Source: an uncultured Chloroflexia bacterium
Lineage (GTDB): Bacteria > Chloroflexota > Chloroflexia > Thermomicrobiales > UBA6265
Direction: 5' to 3'
DNA length: 64,000 nt
Assembly (NCBI GenBank): GCA_963724295.1
Contig: CAVRUC010000013.1
Coordinates: 416,001 to 480,000, forward strand
In this document: positions 9,150 through 17,640 of the stretch, piece after piece
Position numbering within the stretch: the first letter of the stretch is position 1
Layout of the letters: the number at the start of each line of letters is the position of its first letter
Translations under genes and position numbers: made by a program
The notes under the pieces: model-generated
The model's database searches: none
Seen by the model: only the letters and a program-made list of their open reading frames with translations
What the model was told of the DNA's origin: nothing

Positions 9150-11945
9150 TGGGCTATCGGCTATTGGCTGTCGGCTATTCTCGTCCTTGCCGGCTAGCCG
9201 ACTGGCCGGCTCACTTCCGACCTCCGACCTCCGACTTCCGACTCCTCTCGCGCTAACCGGCAGGGCGAGGTAAAACGTCGATCCGAGTCCCAGCTCACTC
9301 TCTGCCCAGAGCCGGCCCCCGTGCAGGCTGGCGATCTCCTCGACAATGGAGAGACCGAGGCCAGTGCCCGCGATACGACCGGCTATACCGGTTTCAACCC
9401 GCTCGAAACGATCGAAGATTCGGGAAAGATCTTCCCTCGCAATACCGATCCCTTCATCGCGCACAGAGATGACGACGTCATCGCCATCGTCGCGCGTGGC
9501 GATGGTGACCGCCCCTCCCGCCGGCGAGTACTTCACGGCATTGCTGATCAGGTTGGTGATGGCCTGAGCGAGTCGGTCGGGATCGCCGTCGATCGTGCGC
9601 AGAGCGGGATCGAGGTCGAGAGGAAACCGGTGGCTGTCGGTTAGCGGACGGAATGTTGCGACCACCTCCCGTATCAGTGCGTTGACGTCGACCGGCCTCA
9701 TCTTCAGTGACATCTGACCGGCATCCACCCGGTCGACGAGCAGGATGTCATCCACCAGCCGGTTGAGCCGGCTCGCTTCACGGTGGATGATGGCCGCGTC
9801 CTCGGCGATGCCTGGATCCGAAATGCTGTTGGCCAGGAGCTCGCTGTAGCCGATGATCGCCGTCAGCGGGGTGCGGAACTCATGGCTGATCGTAGAGAGG
9901 AAGCGGGTCTTACTCTGATCGAGCCGCTCTAGCTCGGCGATGGCCGCCTGCTGCGCCTGGAGAGCGGCCTCGGAAGCCAGTTCAGCGTGCTTGCGATCAG
10001 TGATGTCTCGCAGGTTGATCAGATATCCGCAGATGCTGGGGTCCTCGAGTAGATTCATGATCGTAATCTGATACCAGCGCCAGCCGAGCTTGGCGTGCTT
10101 GATTCTGGCCTCGATTGACGTTACTGCCCGGGGCTGGCCGGCGACGGTGTCGAACAAGGCGAGCGAGCGCTCTTGATCCTCGGGATGGACGAACTGCAGG
10201 CTTGACTCGATCGGGCCGAGCAACTTCTCCGCGGGAATGCCGAATACCGGCTCCGCCGAGGGGCTCAGGTAGACCAGGCGCATCGCATCGTCGACCACGA
10301 CAATGACATCAGGGTCGTTCTGTACCAGCGCGCGGAAGCGCGCCTCGCTCTCGCGCAGCGCGGCTTCCGCTTCCCGGCGCGCGGTAATGTCCTGCACCTG
10401 TCCGACTATGGCTCGCATCGCACCCTGGTCGTCGCGAACGATGCTGGCGTGGAGCAGTGCCCAGACAACCGAGCCGTCTTTCCGCCAGTAGCGTCTTTCC
10501 ATTTGATAGGCATCGATCTCGCCTGCCCGCGCCCGTTCCAAATATCCTGTTTGCTGCGGAAGGTCGTCTGGCAACGTGATGTCATTGACATGGACGCCCG
10601 CAAGCTCCCCGGGCGCGTAGCCGAGAAGGCGTTCGAAGGCAGGGTTTGCCACCCGAATTCTGCCGTCCGGTCCGGAAAGCGCCATACCGATCCCCGCGCC
10701 TTCGAAGATCGAGCGGAACAGCGCTTCGCTCTCACGGAGGGCGGCTTCAGCTTCCTTGTGCGCGGTGATGTCCTGCAGCTGTCCAAGGTCGTAAAGGTGG
10801 CGCCCCACGTCATCGCGCACTGCCGAGACGATCAGGAGCCCGGTCACCACTGTTCCATCCGGGCGGAGGTAGCGTTTCTCGATCTCGTAGGAATCGACCT
10901 CGCCAGCGTAGAGCCGTGCATGCTGACAGGTGTAGCTCGCGACGTCATCCGGGTGGGTGAACTCGGCGAAGGTTTGCCCGACTACTGCCTCGCGCGGCCT
11001 CCCGACGATGCGGCAGTAGGCGGCGTTGACATCCAGGCAGATGTCGTCTGGAGTGCCGAGCGACATGCCGATGGCCGCGTCCTCGAACGCGCGCCGAAAG
11101 CGCTCCCGGCTGTCGCGCAGCGAGGCTTCCAGCCGCTTTCGTTCGCTGATGTCGAGCAGCGCGCCATGCCAGGCGAGAGGGTGCCCGTGCTCATCGCGCA
11201 TGAGCACCGAGCGGTTGTCCACCCAGATCCACTCGCCATTGCCGCCACGGATGCGGTACTCGAGTTGCACTGCCTCGCCAGTGTGGGTAGCGTGCTGGTC
11301 AATCTCTCGCACAGCCTCGCGATCGTCAGGGTGGATCCGCGCCAGCAGTGCGTCGAAACTGGTCGGCAGCTCGTCGCGGCTGAGCCCGGTCAGTCGCTCG
11401 AACTGGGGACTGACGTATTGGAATGCGGCGAGGCCGCCCGGCTGCAGCGTGTAGAGCGCGACCGGCAGCTGGCCGACGAGCGCCTCGATCTGCGCCTCCT
11501 GCTCACGAGCGGCAGCCTCTGCGATCTTGCGGGCGGTGACGTCCTGCACTTGCGCCAAACAGCCCACGAACTGTCCCAGCTCATCCCGCAGGGCCGATAC
11601 AGTAACGAGACCCCATAGGATCGACCCGTCTTTGTGGCGGTAGCGCTTCTCGCGCTGGTAGGTGTCCGTCTCCCCGGTCACCAGGCGCGGCCATTGGGCG
11701 GGGTCGAGCTCGGGGTCGTCGGGATGGCTGATCTGGGCAAAGCCATGCGCCAGGAACTCATCGTGTTCGTACCCGAACATCCGGGAAAAGGCGCGGTTGG
11801 CGTCAATCAGCCGGCCATCGGGCGTCCAGACAGCCATCCCGATCAAGGCATGTTGAAATGCTGCGGTGAGCGCGTCCAGCGCTGGAATCGTCCCCGTGCC
11901 GGGCGTCGTCGCATCCCCATTGCCAATCGGGGACGTGTCGGGCAT
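8874..11945 (-). CDS. Multi-PAS/PAC sensor histidine kinase (cytoplasmic)
   Basis: About 5 PAS/PAC repeats (HPDD, EKRY), H-box SHEFRTPL, N-box NLISNAVKYS, DEGIG, GTGLGL, GSTFY. The conserved part ends near 9255, but the frame stays open through repeats. Confidence 0.92.
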   Translation of the reverse strand: MPDTSPIGNGDATTPGTGTIPALDALTAAFQHALIGMAVWTPDGRLIDANRAFSRMFGYEHDEFLAHGFAQISHPDDPELDPAQWPRLVTGETDTYQREKRYRHKDGSILWGLVTVSALRDELGQFVGCLAQVQDVTARKIAEAAAREQEAQIEALVGQLPVALYTLQPGGLAAFQYVSPQFERLTGLSRDELPTSFDALLARIHPDDREAVREIDQHATHTGEAVQLEYRIRGGNGEWIWVDNRSVLMRDEHGHPLAWHGALLDISERKRLEASLRDSRERFRRAFEDAAIGMSLGTPDDICLDVNAAYCRIVGRPREAVVGQTFAEFTHPDDVASYTCQHARLYAGEVDSYEIEKRYLRPDGTVVTGLLIVSAVRDDVGRHLYDLGQLQDITAHKEAEAALRESEALFRSIFEGAGIGMALSGPDGRIRVANPAFERLLGYAPGELAGVHVNDITLPDDLPQQTGYLERARAGEIDAYQMERRYWRKDGSVVWALLHASIVRDDQGAMRAIVGQVQDITARREAEAALRESEARFRALVQNDPDVIVVVDDAMRLVYLSPSAEPVFGIPAEKLLGPIESSLQFVHPEDQERSLALFDTVAGQPRAVTSIEARIKHAKLGWRWYQITIMNLLEDPSICGYLINLRDITDRKHAELASEAALQAQQAAIAELERLDQSKTRFLSTISHEFRTPLTAIIGYSELLANSISDPGIAEDAAIIHREASRLNRLVDDILLVDRVDAGQMSLKMRPVDVNALIREVVATFRPLTDSHRFPLDLDPALRTIDGDPDRLAQAITNLISNAVKYSPAGGAVTIATRDDGDDVVISVRDEGIGIAREDLSRIFDRFERVETGIAGRIAGTGLGLSIVEEIASLHGGRLWAESELGLGSTFYLALPVSARGVGSRRSEVGSEPASRLAGKDENSRQPIADSPSPDHPITLGTLVALQIVNEVLLQRVDVDNVDQAFAEVLAQVDPGLHFRDPAHPRRNGTWIDQSSLTKLRRQRPQTDLIDGQLCREVRDAAR

Positions 11946-12102
11946 GGGGCGTCTCCGCCTCCTCGTGGGTTGCAGCGCGGCAGGTTACATGGGCACCATG
12001 GTAGCTCAGGGCCTGTGGCGCCGAGCGCGCCGCCGTCCGATTCGCTCGCGTGCGTCTCGCATCATCCGCCGATCCAGGGCAGGGTGGCGAAGTGGAGTTC
12101 TT

Positions 12103-13569
12103 ATGCCTGTCGGGTCCAGCGCACCATACGATCTGATCGTCGTCGGCGCTGGCGCCGCCGGCAGTACCGCCGCGGCCGAAGCACGCGGCCAGGGCGCCCG
12201 AGTGGCGATGATTGAGCAGTGGAAAGTGGGCGGCACCTGCCTCAACGCCGGCTGCGATCCGACGAAGGCACTCGTGCGCGCCGCGCACGCGCTCCATGAG
12301 ACCCGCACCGCCGGCCGGTTCGGGATCGAGGTCGAGGACGTCCAGGTCGATTGGCCGGGGGTCATCGACCGTGTCGAGCGCGTCATCGACACGATCCGGG
12401 GTGGCGATGGTGACCGTAACATCCGGGAGGCGGGGATCGATCTGCGCAAGGGTCACGCGCGGCTCCTCTCCCCGACCGAGGTCGCGGTCGAGGGCGACGT
12501 CCTGCGAGGCGAGGCGGTGATCCTGGCCACGGGGGTGCGGGCATTCGTCCCCGCGATCCCCGGGCTGCGGGACGTGGGGTTCATGACCAACGTCGAGGCG
12601 GTCACGTTGCCAGCGCTGCCACGGTCACTCGCCATCATCGGCGGCGGCACGATCGCCATGGAGTTTGCTCAGATCTTCGCCCGGTTTGGGGTGCAGGTAA
12701 CCGTGCTGGGCAGGAACCCGCGGCTCCTGCCACTCGAGGAACCTGAGTTGGTCGACACGCTGCGCGATCTCCTGGAGCAGGAGGGGGTACGCATCGAGAC
12801 CGGCGTCACCCTGGAGTGTGTCTCCTCGGCGGGTGACCGCAAGCGGATCGTCGCGCACCGTGACGGAGCCCGGTTGGAGATCGAGACGGACGAGATCCTG
12901 GTAGCCGCCGGACGGACGCCGCAGGTGGAGGATCTCGGTCTCGAGACTGCCGGCGTGGTCTACGACGCCACCGGCATCATCGCCGACTCGACGCTGCGCA
13001 CCAGCGCGCCGGGAGTCTGGGTTGCCGGAGACTGCGTGGCTGGCTCGCCGCGGTTCACCTCGCTGGCCGATCACCAGGGCCGGGTTGCGGCACACAACGC
13101 GCTCGGCGGTCTTCCGCCGCGGGATGCGACCGAGACGGTCGTCCCGACTGCCGTCTTCACTGACCCGGAGCTGGGCCGGGTGGGGCTCACGGAAGCCGCG
13201 GCCCGCCAGGCCGGTCACGCCGTGCGCGCCGAGACGGTCCCCATGCGCGACCTGGCGCGTGCGATCATCACCGGAGAGACGGCCGGCGCTGTGAAGCTGG
13301 TCGCCGATGCCGTCACCGGGCGCATGCTGGGCGGCAGCGTGCTGGCGTCCGGGGGCGGAGAGCTGCTAGGCGAGATCGCATTGGCGGTCCGGCTGGGTCT
13401 CACCTGCCACGCCATCGCCGACACCCTCCATGCCTATCCGACCTTTTCCGAAGGGGTGTTCTGGACCGCCTGGGAACTGGCTAAGCCCGAGGACGCCGGC
13501 CACGAGGCGACGCGTGGTGTCGAGGCGCCACGCGGCGACGTGGACACGCTGGACGAGGTGATACGGTGA
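12103..13569 (+). CDS. Class I flavoprotein disulfide reductase (dihydrolipoamide dehydrogenase/mercuric reductase-like)
   Basis: GAGAAG FAD motif, GGTCLNAGCDPTK redox disulfide, GGGTIAME, AGD, VFTDPE, HAYPTFSE. No C-terminal Cys-Cys, so not a canonical MerA. Confidence 0.9.
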   Translation: MPVGSSAPYDLIVVGAGAAGSTAAAEARGQGARVAMIEQWKVGGTCLNAGCDPTKALVRAAHALHETRTAGRFGIEVEDVQVDWPGVIDRVERVIDTIRGGDGDRNIREAGIDLRKGHARLLSPTEVAVEGDVLRGEAVILATGVRAFVPAIPGLRDVGFMTNVEAVTLPALPRSLAIIGGGTIAMEFAQIFARFGVQVTVLGRNPRLLPLEEPELVDTLRDLLEQEGVRIETGVTLECVSSAGDRKRIVAHRDGARLEIETDEILVAAGRTPQVEDLGLETAGVVYDATGIIADSTLRTSAPGVWVAGDCVAGSPRFTSLADHQGRVAAHNALGGLPPRDATETVVPTAVFTDPELGRVGLTEAAARQAGHAVRAETVPMRDLARAIITGETAGAVKLVADAVTGRMLGGSVLASGGGELLGEIALAVRLGLTCHAIADTLHAYPTFSEGVFWTAWELAKPEDAGHEATRGVEAPRGDVDTLDEVIR

Positions 13570-14318
13570 TGGGTGAGCAAGACGCGATTGGTGCACGGAC
13601 GTACAACTATGCCGAGTTCATCGGCGACGACGATTTCCTGGCCTTCCGCACGGCGTTGCCGGTCGGCAGCGCCGCGCCAGATGTGGCGGTCACCGTCGCC
13701 GCGACCGGAGAGCGAGGGCGCCTCAGTGACTATTGGCGCGAGGCAGATCTCGTGATCGAGTTCGGGTCGCTGACCTGACCGTTCTGCGCGCTGGCGGCGC
13801 CAGCGCTCGACACCCTGGCGGGGAAATACGCGACGCTCGGGATTCGGTCCGTTTTCTTCTACACCCGGGAAGCGCACCCCGGTGAGCATTTCCCGGCGCA
13901 CCGCGACGAAGAACAGAAGCTGGCGCATGCTCGCGCCTTCGTAGATCGCTTTGCCATCGAGCGGCCGGTGCTGATCGATGACCTCGCCGGGACAGGGCAC
14001 CGGCTCTACGGTTTGTTACCGAACATGACCTATCTCATCGGCCGCGGCGGGCGCGTCCTGTTCCGTGCTGACTGGACCGACCCGCCCACGATCGAGCAGG
14101 CGCTCCGGTACTTGCTCGATGCACGGGACCGCCGGCGCGAGGGACTCAGCCTCAAACCGTTCTACGCCGAATTCCTCGGCTACCGCTGGAGCAGTCAGGC
14201 GGCGTTCATGGCGGGTCTGGAGGTGGCAGGTCCGCAAGCGGTGTCTGACTTTCGTGCCGCCACGGAGCGCTGGGCCACCGGCACGCCACTGAAAGGGCGC
14301 ATCGATCCGCCCGAGTGA
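13569..14318 (+). CDS. Deiodinase-like thioredoxin-fold selenoprotein (UGA=Sec at 13776-13778, UxxC motif), 249 aa
   Basis: ORFs 13566-13778 and 13968-14318 are one frame interrupted only by TGA: VGSAAPD...LVIEFGSLT-U-PFCALAAPALDTLAGKY...VFFYTREAHPGE...PVLIDDL.G..HRLYGLLPNMTYLIG..GRV.FR. Confidence 0.88.
13788..13806 (+). promoter_or_regulatory. Putative bacterial SECIS hairpin
   Basis: GCGCTGGC-GGC-GCCAGCGC perfect 8-bp stem starting 10 nt after UGA; G-led loop 18-20 nt downstream. Confidence 0.7.
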
Positions 14319-14421
14319 GTCGAGGGTGACGCTGCGCTGAGGGGGTGCCGTCCGCTGCGCGGACTCAGGGGGACGAGGGGGGTCGCTTCGCTCACGGGGG
14401 ATGAGGAGAAGGACAAGAGTT

Positions 14422-14526
14422 CTTCTCGACTCCTCGACTCCTCGACTTCTCGACTACCGTCTTCCTGGCCGTCTGGCCGTCTGGCCGTCTGGCCGTCTCT
14501 CTGCCGTCTGGCCGTCTTGCCGTCTC
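14422..14526. repeat. Intergenic short tandem repeats (CTCGACTC/CTCGACTT x4 and GCCGTCTG x~7)
   Basis: Directly visible 8-mer arrays between convergent genes. Confidence 0.85.
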
Positions 14527-15046
14527 ACAACTCCCCCAGCAACCGCTCCATGATCACCACGTCCACCCAGCAGCCGTCGAGGAGTCCCTGCTCGCGGTAG
14601 ACGCCGACCTCGCGGAAGCCGAACCGCGTGTAGAGGCGCATCCCGGCCTCGTTCTGAGGGAATGCGGCCAGCACGAGTTTGTGATAGCCCAGCTCGCGAG
14701 CGCATGCGATTAACGCGCCCAGAAGCGCCTGCCCGATCCCGACGCCGCGCGCTTCCCTGCTGACATAGATAGAGAAGTCGGCGACGTGCATGTAGGCCGG
14801 CCGCGGATTGAAGACGTTGAGCGAACCCCAGCCGGCGACCGCGCCCTCCCGCTCCGCGACCAGCACCGGGTGTCGCTCGTCACGAGCCTCCAGCCAGGCC
14901 AGCCGTTCCTCCGGGGTGCGCTCCTCCGTCTCCAGCGTCGCCAGGCGGTCGCGGATGCCTTCGTTGTAGATGCGGGTGATGTCCGGGACATCCGCGGGGG
15001 TCGCGGTCCGGATGTCGACCTCGTGCGCGAGCCTGGTCTCAGTCAT
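14525..15046 (-). CDS. GNAT N-acetyltransferase, phosphinothricin/arsinothricin (PAT/ArsN1-like) subfamily
   Basis: IYNEGIRDRLATLE, SIYVSREARGVGIG, N..GMRLY..FGFREVG, DG.WVDVVIME. Confidence 0.85.
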   Translation of the reverse strand: MTETRLAHEVDIRTATPADVPDITRIYNEGIRDRLATLETEERTPEERLAWLEARDERHPVLVAEREGAVAGWGSLNVFNPRPAYMHVADFSIYVSREARGVGIGQALLGALIACARELGYHKLVLAAFPQNEAGMRLYTRFGFREVGVYREQGLLDGCWVDVVIMERLLGEL

Positions 15047-15215
15047 GGCCGTCAGAGCCTACCGCTCGGCGTCACCTTTGGACAACGGTCGGTTCGTTCG
15101 CCTGCGAACCCCTCTCGCAGCGCGCTGACAGCGGGGCTCTCTCGGTGGGTTGAGCCGCGTCGCTCCATGATCTGAACGCCCTATCACCCACAACCCGCGA
15201 CCTCACAAACATCAC

Positions 15216-15242
15216 CCTGCCACGTTCTATTGACGTGGCAGG
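15216..15242. promoter_or_regulatory. Palindromic operator overlapping a -35-like TTGACG
   Basis: CCTGCCACGT-N7-ACGTGGCAGG perfect 10-bp inverted repeat in a divergent intergenic region. Confidence 0.6.
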
Positions 15243-15301
15243 AGCGTGGAACGCGGCCCGCGCAGAGCGCCACGGACGCCGAGGAGAACGAGGAGTCAGT
15301 C

Positions 15302-15526
15302 ATGAGCAACTGGTACACGGCTGAGGTCGAGGCGGAGTTCCGGCGGCGCGAGTGGCAGCGGGCGGTAGAGGCAGAGGCACTGGCCGCGCAGGCGCGTCCG
15401 GCAAACGGGCGGATGCGGTGGCCCCGGATTCCACACCTGACACTGACGAACCTGAGGTCGCTGACCATGCCGCGGCCGAGCTTCACCGCCCGCCTGGAGC
15501 CAGACTGCCGCACCATCGTCTGTTAG
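15302..15526 (+). CDS. Small hypothetical protein (74 aa)
   Basis: RBS GAGGAG, MSNWYTAEVEAEFRRREWQRAVE... Confidence 0.55.
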   Translation: MSNWYTAEVEAEFRRREWQRAVEAEALAAQARPANGRMRWPRIPHLTLTNLRSLTMPRPSFTARLEPDCRTIVC

Positions 15527-15589
15527 CTGACGGAAGAGCATCACGACGCCCCGGCTGCACCGGGAAGCGTGAGATTGGAGCACAGAGTT

Positions 15590-15835
15590 ATGGAAGCGGC
15601 CATTCTGTTCGTCGCCGTCGCGACGCTGATCCTGCTGGCGATCACTTCGATGCGCTACGGCGTCGATAGCCGGGAGGGCTTTGCCTCAAGGGAGCGCGGG
15701 TCGGCCTCGCCCAAAATTGTCCGGGCTGAATCGTCGGCGACGCGGCGTCGCCTGCCATTCGCCGCGCGGCGATTGAACTTCGTGCCGGGGCTTGCGGTGC
15801 CTCGCAAGTGCGTCTCTGCTTCCTGCGGAGCCTGA
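15590..15835 (+). CDS. Small single-TM protein (RYGVDSR motif)
   Basis: MEAAILFVAVATLILLAITSMRYGVDSREG: hydrophobic helix followed by a conserved-looking motif. Confidence 0.6.
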   Translation: MEAAILFVAVATLILLAITSMRYGVDSREGFASRERGSASPKIVRAESSATRRRLPFAARRLNFVPGLAVPRKCVSASCGA

Positions 15836-15870
15836 TCTCAGTCCCTACGAACGCCCTCGCTCCAATCCTT

Positions 15871-15916
15871 CCCCTCAACCCAGCCCCTCGCCCTGTCTCC
15901 AGGGCGAGGGGCTTTT
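15871..15916. terminator. REP-like hairpin/intrinsic terminator
   Basis: agcccctcgccctg-tctc-cagggcgaggggct followed by tttt. Confidence 0.65.
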
Positions 15917-16070
15917 CGTGATCGCCCATCACCCAGCACTCATCATCCGCCACCCTCGCTGGCCCGGATTGTGCGCGCTTGACACATCGGATCGGAGATG
16001 GTTCGATCCCGTGACCGGGCGTCATCGCCTGGCATGATCCGCGGCTTGCCTTCAGACGCAAAGGAGCGAC

Positions 16071-17492
16071 ATGATGCGAGACGATCGGCTGCGAGCCTAT
16101 CTGCCCCGACGGACCGATCGGCGAACGATCCTCAAAGGCGCCGGCGCGACGCTGACGCTCGCCGCAGCGACGCCATTCTTCCAGACCGGGGCGGGAGCCG
16201 CCACGCTGCGGCAGACGCCGACGACGACCGACATCTCCGGCACCAGCCTCAGCATCCTCCTCTGGAGTCACTTCGTGCCGTTGCATGACGTCTGGTTCGA
16301 CCAGTTCGTGACCGAGTGGGGTGAGGCCAACGGCGTCACCACCCAGGTCGATCACGTCAATACGGCCGATATCCCGGCCGCCATCGCCGCGGAAATTGCA
16401 GCCGGTCAAGGGCACGACATCGTCGAGCACATCGCCTCGCTGGCCCAGTACGAGAAGAGCGTGCTGGACATGACAGACGTCGTCGAGGAGCTCAGCAATC
16501 GTCACGGCGAGCAACTGCCGATGGCGCAGCGCAACAGCTACAACCCGACCACCAATGTCTATTACGGACTCTGCCACGGCTACGCACCCGACCCGGGCAA
16601 CTACCGCCGCTCACTCTGGGAGCAAGTCGAGATGGGGGATGGCCCGTCGACGTGGGACGACTTGCTCGCGGGTGGCGCCCAGATCAAGCAGGAGCAAGGG
16701 GTCCAGATGGGCCTCGGGATGTCGAACGAGCAGGACTCCCGGATGGCGATCCAGACGCTGCTGTGGGCGTATGGCGCGGCGATCCAGGACGAGAACGAGA
16801 ACGTGGTCATCAACTCGCCGGAGACGTTAGCGGCCGTCGAGTACATGAGTGAGCTCTACCAGACGGCGATGACCCCGGAGGTCTTCGGCTGGAACGCGGC
16901 AAGTAACAACCAGCTCCTCGTCGCCGGGCGGGCCTCCTACATTCTCAACTCCATCTCCGCCTATCGCACCGCGCAGAAGGACCAGCCGGAGACAGGCGCG
17001 GACATCTTCTTCCGCACGCCACTGCTGGGGCCCGCCGGCGAAGAAGGCGCGCTCGCGCATGGGCACGCCGTCTTTATCTCGATGATCCCCAACCACTCGC
17101 AGTATCCCGACACGGCCAAGGAGTTCCTCTTCCACCTGGTCGGTAACTACGCTGCCGCCTGCGAGCAGAGCGAGCTCTACAACTTCCCGGCCTGGCCCTC
17201 GACGGTGCCCGATCTCGAAAGCTGGCTCGACAATGACCCGTACGGCTCGGAGCCGGCCGACAAGCTGACTCTGCTGAAGACCGCGAACGACTGGACGACC
17301 AACTTGGGCCACCCCGGTCCGGCCAACGCGGCAATCGGCGAGATCTTCGCCCTGCCGACCCTGCCGAACATGATGGCCCGCGCCGCCACCGGACAGCAGT
17401 CGCCCGCGGACTCGATCGCCGAAGCGGAAGCGGAGATCAACGCCATCTTCGACAAGTGGCGCGCCGAGGGGCTCATGGGCGGAGGCGCCTGA
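16071..17492 (+). CDS. Carbohydrate ABC transporter substrate-binding protein (Tat)
   Basis: DRRTILK leader, PSTWDDLL, SBP family 1 pattern; upstream of ATPase and permeases. Confidence 0.88.
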   Translation: MMRDDRLRAYLPRRTDRRTILKGAGATLTLAAATPFFQTGAGAATLRQTPTTTDISGTSLSILLWSHFVPLHDVWFDQFVTEWGEANGVTTQVDHVNTADIPAAIAAEIAAGQGHDIVEHIASLAQYEKSVLDMTDVVEELSNRHGEQLPMAQRNSYNPTTNVYYGLCHGYAPDPGNYRRSLWEQVEMGDGPSTWDDLLAGGAQIKQEQGVQMGLGMSNEQDSRMAIQTLLWAYGAAIQDENENVVINSPETLAAVEYMSELYQTAMTPEVFGWNAASNNQLLVAGRASYILNSISAYRTAQKDQPETGADIFFRTPLLGPAGEEGALAHGHAVFISMIPNHSQYPDTAKEFLFHLVGNYAAACEQSELYNFPAWPSTVPDLESWLDNDPYGSEPADKLTLLKTANDWTTNLGHPGPANAAIGEIFALPTLPNMMARAATGQQSPADSIAEAEAEINAIFDKWRAEGLMGGGA

Positions 17493-17637
17493 GTCGAGAA
17501 GGCGAGAAGTCGAGGAGTCGAGCAGAAGACAGTCGACGGGGATCGCGGGAAGTGACTGGCGCCATGAGAACGCGCGTATGTAACAAGCGATATCGTACGT
17601 CTCGACTTCTCGACTCCACGACTCCACGACTCGACTA
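17491..17637. repeat. Inverted pair of GTCGAGAA / TTCTCGAC 8-mer arrays
   Basis: gagtcgagaaggcgagaagtcgaggagtcgag ... tctcgacttctcgactccacgactccacgactcgac. Confidence 0.75.
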
Positions 17638-17640
17638 GCC

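Noticed and set aside
12103..13569. Mercuric reductase (merA)
   Set aside because: No C-terminal Cys-Cys, no NmerA domain and no mer genes
14525..15046. Arsenic-resistance operon
   Set aside because: Only a PAT/ArsN1-like GNAT is present; no arsR/arsC/acr3 genes, so the substrate is unassigned
15800..15860. C-terminal Sec read-through after CVSASCGA-TGA
   Set aside because: No recognisable redox family and no supporting downstream homology, so it is treated as a normal stop
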